A DNA stretch of 64,000 bases, from positions 2,418,001 to 2,482,000 of the forward strand of contig CM102290.1 in NCBI GenBank assembly GCA_046563655.1, written 5' to 3'. The stretch comes from Yuukianura sp. NJ FZ-2021 (lineage: Eukaryota). Position 1 is the stretch's first letter. Each line of letters begins with the position of its first letter. This document shows, piece after piece, positions 29,175 to 41,600 of this stretch. The notes under the pieces were generated by a model. It had not been told where the DNA came from. It searched no databases and saw only the letters and a program-made list of their open reading frames with translations. Made by a program: the position numbers and the translations under genes.

Positions 29175-30841
29175 TTTATCCACCTCAACTTCTGTCGCTG
29201 AAATGACATAAACAAACCGATTATTAATTTGTCCCTTTATCTGTTTTGCTAAATCATTAAATCACGAATTAATTGATGACTAATTGAAGTTACCCGTCTT
29301 CGAAAAAATATCGATAGTACTCAAAAGGAAGAGTGAAGAAAGAGGATACACCTTATATAAGGATGACTGGCTCCGGAATGACGAAACAAAAGAAGAAAGA
29401 ACGGACGAATCGAATTAACAGTACACAGGCAGACCAACCAGAGACGGAGAAAAGAACAGGGGAAATTACTGGACTGAGAAGAGTAGCAGAAGAAGGCGTA
29501 GAACCGAAACCAGTCCCGTCTTTATGCTTTTCCACACCTCTGCTACTATTCCGCGCTCCAATTCTGTTGTAATCCTAAAGCAGCGCTTCTAGTTTGTAAC
29601 AAATTATGATTAACTATTAACTATGATATTAAGATTAATATAACGATTATTCAAATAAAATTATATATATATTATAAACACGTGTTACTAAATCCTAGTC
29701 TCGATACAACTCGTAAAAGGAATAACAGCACCAACCCCATAATCTTTACCCTCAGCAATTCTAATTGCGCTTAAATTAGAATGAATACGGCTTTTTACTT
29801 AAAAAAGAATTATCAACCGATTGTGAAAATTTTAATGTTCATTTAAATCCGTTTGAATCCAAAATCCAACAGTATTCCTCTGATTTTGATTTTACTACAG
29901 AAATACTTCAGGCTGCTTTACCATCGCATTGCCTTTGGGCCCACAGAGCAAGTCAATAATAAATATCATGTGTTCAAAATGTCTGTCTCATCTTTTCTCT
30001 CCCTGTGTAACTTCACCATTTCAACTCGCATCTCGCCCTGTGGAGTTTTTGGAGCTTATGGGTTTTGTGCAGAGAAAGATGAAACAGACATTCTGAACAC
30101 ATGATAAAACAATATCCTGAAAGTTGTGTTTGAAAAGTTACGAAATAGCATTCAACAAAACAATACAAAGAAAGGATTTCCGCGAAAGTTCACGTCACGT
30201 TCTTTTTAAATAAAGCAAAAACGCCGCACAGGTTTACGCATATGTGATTTTGTCGCTTTCATACTCTTTTTAAAATGCACCCGTCTCAAAAGCAAATTTC
30301 ATCTTCTTTTTAACTAAGCTACCCAATTTCCAACAAACCACCGCTGAATCTTGCATATATGTGTTTGTAAAAATATGACAAGTGAAAACTTTTGTATGTT
30401 GAAAATGGGTACTTTATAGATATTTATAGTTGTCTCCCACCAATCATGCAAGTTCTGCTTTTGCTTCTGCTCCGTGCTTACGAGAAGGCGATGCAGCGGC
30501 CATTGCGACGTTTTATCTTTACCGTTGTTTAGAGCTCTCTGTCCCATTACTGGTTTATCATTGTTTATCGATTAGTTAGAATTGAAGGTAAACTCTTTAA
30601 GGTAGATTACTTGCCGCGAAGGCATTCGTAGTACTTTGAGACTAGGATTTACGCTTCTCTGATCCAGTACAATTTATCGCCTACTACTTTTTCCAGTGTC
30701 TAAGAATATTTGACCCGCTGACTCTATAGCTACTATCAGCCAGGTAAAAAGTTATAGTATAGTAACGATTTCTAAAACAAATCCACGGTACGGTTGTACT
30801 CGTTTTAATATGTTAATGTTTGGGATAAATGTTCTAGGAAA

Positions 30842-31362
30842 ATGTCGGATCCGGATCCACCTACTAGGTAATTAGAAACTCTCTAAACGTTATTAATTTA
30901 CACGATTGGGGATGGAGGTATATTAATCGTCTACTCTAAATTCACAGCGACAAGGCTCCGCCTACGCGTCCTGCTGCGGCGGTTCAAGCTTGGACGAGGC
31001 GACCTAATATTCCAGTCGCACCAAGTGCTCCCGGACCTGTGGTTTACGCAAACGTGCCTCGGTATGTTCCGGTTCCCAGTGCTCCTGGTGCTGTGGTCTA
31101 CACGTATGGCCCTCGTCATGTTCCGCTAGCAAGTGCGCCTGGCCCCGTCGTGTTTGCCAATTGCCCACGCCCTGGGGAACTTGTCATGGCGGTGCCGCCA
31201 AGATACGCTGGAACCACCTACTCCTATCGTTATCTTCAACGTGATGCAGAAAGTCGTGTTTGTCTTCCTCCTGCCCCTCCTCCTCCTCCTCCTGCTGGTG
31301 AGGTTACTACTTTAAAGGGCGACATGTCTATAGTGAAGTTAGTAGTACTTCAGTGTCACTAA
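30842..31362 (+). CDS. Proline-rich coding exons with three 18-aa SAPG repeats; either the N-terminus of the downstream CNOT2-like gene or a small separate gene
   Basis: An ATG exon at 30842-30867 (MSDPDPPTS) splices to an exon starting at 30948. That frame is open to TAA at 31362. A phase-1 donor G|GTGAG at 31297/31298 matches the phase-1 acceptor at 32487. Confidence 0.6.
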
Positions 31363-32486
31363 TAGAATTAATTCGTTGGCGGAATGTAGTTCATGGAAAT
31401 TGAAAGTTAGGTAACTCCAACTTAATTAGATTAGTCCACCCGTGTATTTTCGCGGGCATAGCTACGATCTGCGACAGTTAGAAACAACAATTTACTTTGA
31501 GCTACAATTCAATTAGCGGCAACATTGAGCTGTCTCATTTTGGCGCCGCGAATTTAAGTTTTTCTTCCCTTAGTTTTACCCGGTGTTTTCCCTAACTAAT
31601 TACTATTCCGGATTTTGCTGCCGGACAGTTAGGAGCACCGCTTACTTTATTAGTTCACTAAAGCTAAAAATGTTTAACGCTCCATATTATACCATATTAT
31701 TCATAATTCGGGTTTCAAAGGCGACAGAACGCGTTGCGCAACATTTGAATTCTTCATTGAAGACTTGGAATTTCCCGCGTTTAGATGTAGCGACAGTCTC
31801 TGAGTTTGCTAAATTCGTAAAAATATAACTCGTTTACCGATTTTTTTTTCTTTTTGGAATTGTTCAGAAGGAAATCCAAATGGAACCGAGTAATTGGGAT
31901 TGTGACGCCAACGCCAACCGAAGTTTATTATTAACAGAATATGTTAATAAATTGAACACTAACAAAATACCGATAGAAGAACCGATGACCATATACGAAA
32001 TACATGCCCAGATCCACGCCTGGTTCCGAGGGTGTTCGTGAATTACGCAAAAGTCGAGTTGTCCTTTTCCTCGGCTGAAGGCAAAAAAAGGAGATAATGA
32101 GATAAAAGTAGTAAATTCAAAATTAATCAGAGTAAATAAATCAATTACTTGCATCCAAAAGATTCATTTCCAATTTCTGAAACGCAATAAATTCACGAAT
32201 GCCTCTGGAAACCAGGTAATGTTCTATTTGTCCGTATTTCGAAGGTGTTACTTATTAAAGTAAGAATTTCATTATAGTAACATACACTTGATTTTGCGAT
32301 GTAAATTAATGGACACTGCCCGTATTTTTAATTTTCAGGGTACTTTGATCGGTTGAAATTCATTTCCGCTCCCCAACCATGAATTACACTCACAATACGA
32401 TGTTACGTACGTAGGGTTTTCGCTATCATGTTTGTAGTTACTAATATTGGAAAAGAAGTATGTAATTTGTAGCGATTTTTCTCTAG

Positions 32487-33757
32487 GATGGGTAAAACCA
32501 TCGAGGTCCTCTCACTTCACGATGAGCAATGAAGACTTTCCTGCCCTTCCTGGAACAGCTCCTACCACCGTACAGCCTAGTTCTGATAGTTCAAAGGGCC
32601 AAGGGTCATCATCTTTAGAGCATAATTCTCAATCTCATTCTCAGGACAAGACTTCTGCCAAGAACGGAATCATTACAAATCCTGACGGTAACTCAAACAG
32701 TATTGTTGTTACATGAGTCAATTTAATAGTGGTAACTGTGGCAGTTTCGTGACCGAAAGGAAACGGAATCTTTGCTAAACATTGATCATGGAAGGAGACT
32801 ACCACTACCAGTACTACATAACGACATAAAGCACTTTGAGTTGCTCAGTTTTCAGGAGTACTTTGATACAAATGGAATATTATTAATGTAAAGCATTGTT
32901 GACTTGTGACTTAGTCTTGGTTTCCTCCCGAACGAACATACTTAAGTAGTTATTTCTTCTTGATTCAAAATTCAAGGTTAATACGTAATAAGTTATGCAT
33001 GTTTTATTGCTTTATCTGCGATGCAGGAATTTAACTACTTGTTTGGTTTTCTCCGCAGGTACCGTTTCCAATATTCCAAGCAGTATGGTCAGCGATCAAT
33101 TTGGGATGGTGGGACTCCTAACATTCATTCGGGTTGCCGAGTCAGATCCGAATCTGGTCGCGTTGGCGTTGGGTTTCGATCTAACTGCTCTCGGTCTCAA
33201 TCTAAACGCAACTGAAAGTCTGTACCCATTCTTTGGTGGTCCATGGGGCGAGGGTCCTGTCCGTGCCGAAGACGTTGTATTCAACGTTCCTCAGGAGTAC
33301 AATATCAGTGATCCAAATCGGGAAGGGCAAGAGTTCACATCCAGCATCCGGTAACCCATAACTTTCTATTCCTAGTCGTTGTTTCCAATTTGTTAACCTT
33401 CTTTCTCGTTCATTTTCTAGGGAAAAGTTACTGCCCCTTAAGATCACAAAGTACAAGGATGAACTGCTTTTCTATCTCTTTTACACTTACACGGGAGATA
33501 GTCTTCAACTTCTCGCAGCTTCTGAACTGTACAATCGGGACTGGAGGTATCACAAAGAGGAGAAAATTTGGATCTGCCGTGCTCCCGGGGTAATCGCCAT
33601 CGAGAAAGGTCAAAACTACGAACGTGGGACGTACTACTTCTTTGATCCCATAAGCTGGCGGAAGGTGGGCAAGGAGTTCTATCTTGAATATGACAAGCTA
33701 GAGGATCGGCCAGTTATTCCCAACACGTTTGTCCAGAATTTTGTCATGGGCTCGTAA
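32487..33757 (+). CDS. CNOT2: CCR4-NOT subunit 2 (Regena/NOT2)-like, conserved C-terminal exons; the first coding exon is ambiguous (ATG 30842 or ATG 32379)
   Basis: Exons 32487-32687, 33059-33350 and 33421-33757 (TAA). They encode FTMSNEDFPALPG, DQFGMVGLLTFIRVAESDPNLVALALGFDLTALGLNLN and a NOT box (ELLFYLFY...AASELYNRDWRYHKEEKIW...YERGTYYFFD...WRKVGKEFYLEYDKLE). Confidence 0.93.
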
Positions 33758-36700
33758 ACTTTTCAACAAAACAACCACTTTATAAAAGTTTCTATAAAAT
33801 CTAAAAAATTAAAAAGGGCACTCTTTACAACTCGCATGAAAGTTAAGGCACGTAAGTTAGTACATTGCTAATTTGTCATCTTCGTGAAATGAAAGTATTC
33901 TGTGGTATTTCATTAGTTCTCTTAACTACTCCATTCTCGTTTCATTTTCTCTTTATCGCAATTCCGGGAGATTCTTTGCATGGGGAAGGCGAAACCCCAA
34001 GAGTGAGCTTTTCCTTTTATTCTTTCTTGGAACTCATGAAAAGCTTGGTTGGTGTTCTATTTGAAGTTGTTGGTCTGTCGCTTTGGACTCAGTCGGTTGG
34101 AGAAAGCTGAAGAAAGTGGTCACTCCTCCTAGCAACGGGATACTCAAGTTCATTTTGCTGACATTAGCTCTTTGTCATTTAAGGTGTTATCATTTTTCAT
34201 CGTTACAATTTTTCTAGAATTGTGCTAGAAGTTTTCCTCGCAGGATTTTTACGCGTGGCTTTGGGGTAAGTCCGATCCATTTTTTGGAGAAAGTAAGGAA
34301 AGTCCAGTAAGAAAGCATGAAACGGAAACTCCCCTCACAAAGCCTTTACTCGTGTCATTTTGACATGTGAAAAAATACACTTGACCAACTTTTTCTCTTG
34401 CCGATAATCCAATTGTCTGTCAGGACTTTTGGGAATTGGACTTGTAGTGTTCTTTCCCATAGCCGCTCAGAGTGGCCGCGAAAATTTTACTTTTTCTCGG
34501 CGGCGATTTGCAGTTTTGAGATTTCGTAATCCCCCTCGTTACTGAAGCTGACGATACTTTTAGTACTTTTACGGATTACTTTTAATCTAACTTTAGTTAC
34601 AGATTAAAATGAAGTGAAGAATAATTTGGAAGAGTGAGAAGATTCTTTGGAAAGGATGAAACATTTGTTAACTTTTTCTAAACAGAAAACGCGGAACCTT
34701 AGGTGCAATCAATAACGAATTTCTAAAAGCTAGCATTCTGTAGGGCTAATTTTCCTTTTCATTTTATAACTCTGTTCTCTGTTTGCAACAGGTTTCTAAA
34801 TTGAACTCACAAAACTTTAGCAACACATTGATTACTTTCTCCATACTTTTAGTTTTGTTTCATCATTTTCATTTTGACAGTTTGTGTTTTTAGACCTGTA
34901 AGTTGAAAGTTGACCTCCTTTGAAGCTTTGACCTTTCCTCTCTGGATAAACGTAAGCTATAAAACCGGAATTTGGTCCATGGTTTCTCCAAAATATTTGT
35001 ATTTTACGCAATGGACTTTCACCACGGGCGGTGGTCAGGTTCCCTCCGAAAATTGATTCTCCAATTTGGTAAAAAAAAAAACAACTTTGTTTGAAACCCT
35101 ACGGTAACTTTTTTTGCTCGTTTTCTCTTGGTTGGTTTTTTTTTGTACGGGCACGTTAATTGTCAGTTCCAGACTTTTAGTACACTAAAAAAAAACTCCG
35201 CTCTTGTCATTGGTTTTACTCCAATTTTATCGATGCAAAACCTGAAACGTCACCGTGTTAGATATTCGTAACTTTATTTTTTTTTAAGGAGGCAATAAAC
35301 CTAAAGAAGCAAATATTAACCTATAAATGAATTGATGAATGATATTAAAATTCAACGTTTAGATTATTGAGATTTTTCGTTTCATTTTAAATTCTTTAAA
35401 ACTAGGCTTACGTTCGTTTTCAAATTTCAAAATGGGCGAAAATGACAAATTATACGTTTAGGGAAACAAAGGTTGATTGAACATACAAAGGAGAAAACGA
35501 TATCTTCAATTCACTCTTGAATTTTGATGACATTTGTGAGGCAAAGGCAATGGAGGTTAGCGGAGTCATGCTCTTCCGGAGAATCGTAGGTCAGGGGTCA
35601 CAGCGGCTCAAGTAGGTTACGTTAAGCAGTACTTTTAAACCACAAAGCAATTTTGGACCACTTTGCCTTCATTCTGCCCTCGTTCAAAGTCACTCAATAA
35701 ACAAAGGGAGAAAGTTTGCTGACGAGCGGAAAAAAGATACAAAATGTTTTTTTTCACTTTTGACACTTTCCATTTCCAAGTCCCCGCTTAGATCCCACCG
35801 CAGCATCTTCCCTAAGTGTCACTCCTTTCCTGGAGCCCTTAGCGCCACTCTAAGTACTCCCCCTCTCATCCATTGTAACGGCCTAGACAAAGCAAAACCG
35901 ACATGATAAAAAAGCAGCATGGAGGGAAAGAATCAACTTCCACCAATGGAATTTTAACCAAACAATGTGTTTCTCGAAACTCAAATTTCCAAACTTTAGA
36001 AAAAAGGAAGAACATTTTTTAAAAGTTTGGACAATGCTAGAGACTGGAATTTTGATGAAGTGAGCCACATTGAAACTGAGAAGTGAAAACAAAAAATGGG
36101 AGAAATTTGAGCACTGTCGTTGAATTTTGAAAACGAAACCACTAGCGATTTTGTATGGGGTGTGCATTGAAGTAAATTAGAAAGGAGTTAAAGCGGTGCT
36201 GCTGAATCCATTCGTTTTCAAATTTTCTTTGCTCCGCAATTGTAAGCAGAAACCAAAAAAAAAAAGGTTAAAGTAGTTCTTCGTTCCATGTCACAAACTT
36301 TGTGTTTGGAAATTCGATAGAAAGGATACCCCGCTCATGATTTATTTGCTAGTTACTCCCGCTTTTTTATTCTATGTATCCCATGATACAAAAATGAAAA
36401 GTTTTTCTCGGTTCTTGGCGTGACGTTCTGGAAGAGAAGGGATGAGCCCTTGTCATGTGTGACAAATAATTAATATCACTTGGCCAAATGACTACAAATT
36501 TAATATTTTTCTTTTACTCTTTTTCCATACTTTCTCTTTTTTGTTCCAAAAACATGATTTCTGGAAATTGTATCCTCTGACTAAGATAAGAGAAGTTAGA
36601 TAAAAGTGAAATTTTTCAGTAAAACAAATTCAGAATTTCATTTCAGGAAGTTGAAAAGAGGAAGGTGTTTTACCTCGGAAATTTAAATTTTATAATTTCA

Positions 36701-38617
36701 ATACCTTTTGCTTTCCACTTTGCCAGAAATTTTGAGCATTTTTTTTATTGTAAAGCAAGTAGTAAAATGTCCGCGTGTGTGGAAACCTTTAAATCGAGCT
36801 ATAAACCGCTAGCATGGGTTGATGCTGAACAGTATGGCTTTCGATGAAGAGGTCTTCTGTCAAAATTTATGTTGACATAGACATACGAGTACAGGAAGCG
36901 GGGATTGATCCAAGTTGAGTGGCACTGCTGGGCCGAAAGGAATATTAAAACTTTTACTGCTCAAATCACTTTCGTTTCACAAGAAAAAGACAGAAGACGA
37001 CTCTATGCCGGAAGGGAATGCTAAAGGCCTAGAAGTCGTAAATTCTGTAATTGTGATTGGCTGAACCAGATTGCGACGCCATTTTAGGCTTTCCCTAACC
37101 TAACTAAATAGAGCCTAACTTTTGTCTGCTGAAACCTTAACTATGTACCTCTAGCCGAATGTAACCTAATTCGGTTCCATTTCCATCCAAACTCAATTTC
37201 ATACGTTGTGAGCTCCAACGTGTAAGCAAACGTTGATTAAGCCTTTGGATCTTCCAAACTAAAAGTGACAGGAATCGCACTACACGGAAAACCTTGCGTC
37301 CGGATTCCTTTGGAACTCAATCAGTTCTCATTTGTGCCCTTGGTTTGCAAGCTAATTTGATTAGCTTCTCCTACGGTATCTTCCTTCAAATGAACAAAAT
37401 GTAGGTGAAAGTAAAATAGGTTTAGGTGACAGTAAAATGAACTTGGGCAACTCAAACAAAGTTAAACTATCACGACCTTGGGAGAATTAGTTCAGTAAAT
37501 CAGTCATGGTTTTGACAGAGGTAGAGATAGGATTGGAAAAAGTTAAACAACAATTGGAGCACATTGGAAATTGACTTGAGTAATGATACACAGACGGAGC
37601 ATCCGGAATGAAAGATGAGGATATTTATATTTTGATCTTTTGCTACAAGTAAAAAGAAAGTGAAAAAGGCAGGCTTTAATACAGTCAGTTTTTCCGTCGA
37701 CGCGAGAAGAGCTTAAGTGTAGATGAAACCCAGTGCAAAAACGGGTTTAAAGAACGAGTGAAAGGTAGCAAATTCCTTTTGAAGTGAAGGCGAAGATCCA
37801 CTTAGGAATTAGTAACAAAAGAAAAAAGTAGATCGAGAAAAGAAAATTAATATAAAAAATGTTCATTTCCAAAAAAAAAATAATTTTGACAAAAAGAAAC
37901 ACGTGTAGACACACCCACAGAAGATTTAAAAAAAAACCCAAAATAAAGTTTTGATTTTTTTAAATAAAATTTAAAGCAAACATAGTTTAAAAAATTAATG
38001 TAGCTTTATGTCCTTATTCTGCACGTATTAGATTTGTGATGGTTAAATGTCATTAAAAAGACCCACTTTAACAAAACTTTGAGTGAACTAGAAGTGTCGA
38101 AATGGAAAATGTCTTTCATGTGGGATTCTGGTTTGATTGCACTTACTCGAAGAGAAAGTGGCTGAGAATAAAATTTGTACAATACAGCAGTGCAGTATAT
38201 GAATTAAAATGTGGGTTTCTGGGTAGTAGACTACAGCGTTTTAGTCTGTTCAGCCTTTCGGCTAGCCTAACCTATACCAAACCCAAACTTTCTCCAGTTC
38301 CCGTTGAGTCATCGAGCCATGTCTTTTCCAAGCGACTGCATAGGAGCTCAGCAGAAGCACCCAGACCAGTCGACCATGGCGATTTAGAATCCCCACTTTT
38401 CATGGATTCTTTTATTTTCTAGAACTCATTTATGAATCACACGGGAGGGAACTTCGGAGGTGATGGTAGCCAAGGTTAGCGCGTCGAACGAAGAGACATT
38501 TCTGTTACTGCCAACTTTGAAACCTTGAGCTCCAAGACGACCGGCTAAAATTGGACACGAGAAGAGCTGGCCTAGCTACTGAGGTCCTCTTTGTCCCTGG
38601 ACAACCAAAGTTCCAGA

Positions 38618-41600
38618 ATGGGTGGAGGGGCCAGTATGCAAAAGAAAGCTGGTCGAGATCATCATCGTTCTTCAACCAGCTCTGACTCGTCGGCCTCATC
38701 TCAGTCCAAACTGCGTGCAAAAGGAAGGCGAGCAAAAGAACAAGTCCCGCAGAAAGCAAGGCCCTCTGCAGACGCACCTTTCTCCATGGGAAAGCTTGAA
38801 CGCGGTAAGAAACTTTTCTTTGTCAGTGTCTCTAAACCACTATAAATTGCAAATCCTTTGAGGTCGAAAGGTCAAAGACCCACCAATCCACTTACTTTGA
38901 TTAAGATGTTAGATAGACATGCACAGATTGCAGCCTAAGTTTTATACAAATGCGGGAATAGACTTCCTCAGAAGGTAGGTTTAGCAGAAGTTCTATCCAA
39001 TTTACATAATGCATCTCACTTTTATTGTTCTCTATTTTCAGTGAAAGTTTTATACAAATTCATTAATCAAGACTAACATACGTAGAAGGCATAGAGAACT
39101 TTAACGTTTTTAGGAACTCCTAAACTATAGTAACTGGGCAACCTAACGCTGACATTACATAACATAGGTTGCATAACGTTACGACTAAGGTTTCACTCTT
39201 ACTATAATCCTTCCAGTGGTTGTGATAGTAACTCCAATTTGCCAAGTGCAACTCATATCCCAATCCTCTTGCGTAATTATGTTGTGCTCCTAATGAAAGA
39301 AATGGAGAATGTATAAGACTAATTTTCCCCAAACACGCTTCTATCATAACTTTTTTAACCCTACGTTAGAAAGAGTCTTCTTGAAACGAATAAAGTTACT
39401 ACGACTGGAAAAATGGTCATAAATTTCCAAGACACTTGGGAGGTTTAAATGTTTCAGAGTTTTTGGGGAAAGTTCTGTTGGGAGTTGTTGGAAGTTCCAA
39501 CGAGTTCTAAACTTGTAATTGCTCTTTGCACATCATTTACATTAGAAAGTGGGCGTAGTACACTTACCAAGGCAAAATTTCTTTAATAATCCCTCAGAGA
39601 AACAAAATGAACATTAATGTTTCTGCCTTAAATGTAAAATGGGTTTCCCAAGTCAATGTTAATTCTACACCCATTTAATTACTCTAGCATCCGACCCACA
39701 TAAAAACTTCCGTAGTAAAAATGAAATGAAAATATAATGAATAGCTTTTCATTTTTTTTTAGCTTTAAGCCTAAAGTGTTTTACGTTAATTTGGAAAAAT
39801 TCGTATATTTTGGTTGTGGTAAAAGTGTAACTTGTTGACGTAAACATTAGCTCAGGAAGTTGTTGCTTATTTGGCTTCTTATGGTATAATTGGAGCGAAT
39901 TGTGTACTGAGTTCCAAAAGGACTTCAGTTTGATGATGACTTTGAGCAGTTTCACAAGCTGACAAACTTGACCGCGTGTGTATTTTTTGTTGCAATGCGT
40001 TTCTTTGGCTTCCTTCGATTCGTGTTTTGTGTCACGAATTTGATAGAACTGCGAAATAAAGGTTTCTTGTACTTTTTTTTTGGTTTGGTTGATTCTCTGA
40101 AGCCTTGGAGAAAGAAAGTAAAAAACGGCCACCTATTCTTTTCTGTTTCTTTGAAGTTGAAAGGTGAACTTTGTCAATTAGACGAATGGTTGATGCAGCG
40201 AAAGGCGGAAAGTAGGATTTAGACGAAGGTTGAACTTTGTGTGAGGGCAGAGTAATAAGGATTAGGTTAAGACGTATAAGACTTTCTTTGATCGTTGGCC
40301 CATAACTTTTGTAGTAAGGAAAGAAAAATATAGTAAAAGGCAGTAGCCCTTGTTGGTTTTGACACCAACGATATCCCTCAATCGAATCAACAGCCTAAGT
40401 CCCTGTCCTCCCAACGCAAATACCACCACATGCTCTCTCCTTGGTTACAAATTCCATTTTCAAATTCAAAAGAAAGTACTAAAAAGGAAACTCACCTTAC
40501 CGCCACCACAATAATCGCCAATTCCAACCACTTTCTCCACTACAATTCAGCCACAGCTTTCCCTTCTCTTCAAAGCGTTGGCCACAAAGTTTTTGCGAAT
40601 CCAACTTTCCAAGTACAAGATTTCCAAATCTGCTGGGATTTGCCACTTCAATTTTCAAAATAAAAAGAGCTTAAAACATTTTAAATCTGGAGGCACTTAG
40701 ACGTTAACACGGTTTTCAAATTTAGAACTTGTTTTCAAATTTTTTCTCAACTCACTGAACATTACAGGAACGAGTGGGGACTTTATTTGATTTTTTTTTA
40801 TTTAACATTCTTGAGGCTGACCTAACGAGTTGTATCTCTAGAAGTGTTAACGTTGACACCTTAAAGGAGCAGGAGAACACGAAGTTAGGTTGAGTGACAT
40901 CATGGAATGAAGATATGACTGACCATATTTGATGACGACTGTATGCAATGTATGGGAGTTAAAGTGTAAAGTAGGAGGCTAAATCGCCAATGTGACTCGG
41001 TTGATGTAATGATGCAAAAATTTGGGTAAGAAAAGGAGTGAAAGTTTCCTTTCTTCTTGTTTGTCCAACGCTGTTCAATTATTGTTATCCAGTGGACTGG
41101 CACTTATTAGTGCACGTTTCCAATTCCACTGAACATATACAGACGACCCTATCAAATATTTAGTAACAAATATTCCACTCCCACTGTCTCATGCTCAAAA
41201 CTTTCCCTGTTTCGTCATCCATTTCGACACAACCTCCTAGCAGAAATCAATCCTAGGGGTTCAAAATCTATCCGCTTGGGCTCATTGATTGCTATTTTGG
41301 CTCAAGCGGTGGTGTGCCAATTATTTTTTGAACGCAAAGTCAAGAAATGTAATTTGGGGGTTTAAATTTTCTTTTATGTTGAGACGTTGACCAACAGTTT
41401 CAACTTGTATGAAATAATGATCAGTCACTTGTTGTGATAAAACATGATGAATATGACCCAACCACTTTTGTTGTAAGCTCAAAACCCAGTTTCTCAATGC
41501 GGGAGAAAGAAAATGTTAGGCTAGATTAGGCTACGTTAGGCTTGGCTAGAGCAAGCAAAGTGAAAGCGGGAAAGCCATATTGAGAAGCATATTTTCTTGG

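Noticed and set aside
34244..34265. 22-nt segment with good splice sites as a 5' UTR exon of rdgC
   Set aside because: Plausible, but supported only by splice-site motifs, with no way to link it to a transcript.
41510..41555. Degenerate TTAGG-like runs (also near 2386 and 50558) as telomere remnants
   Set aside because: They have only two or three imperfect units and are too short to interpret.
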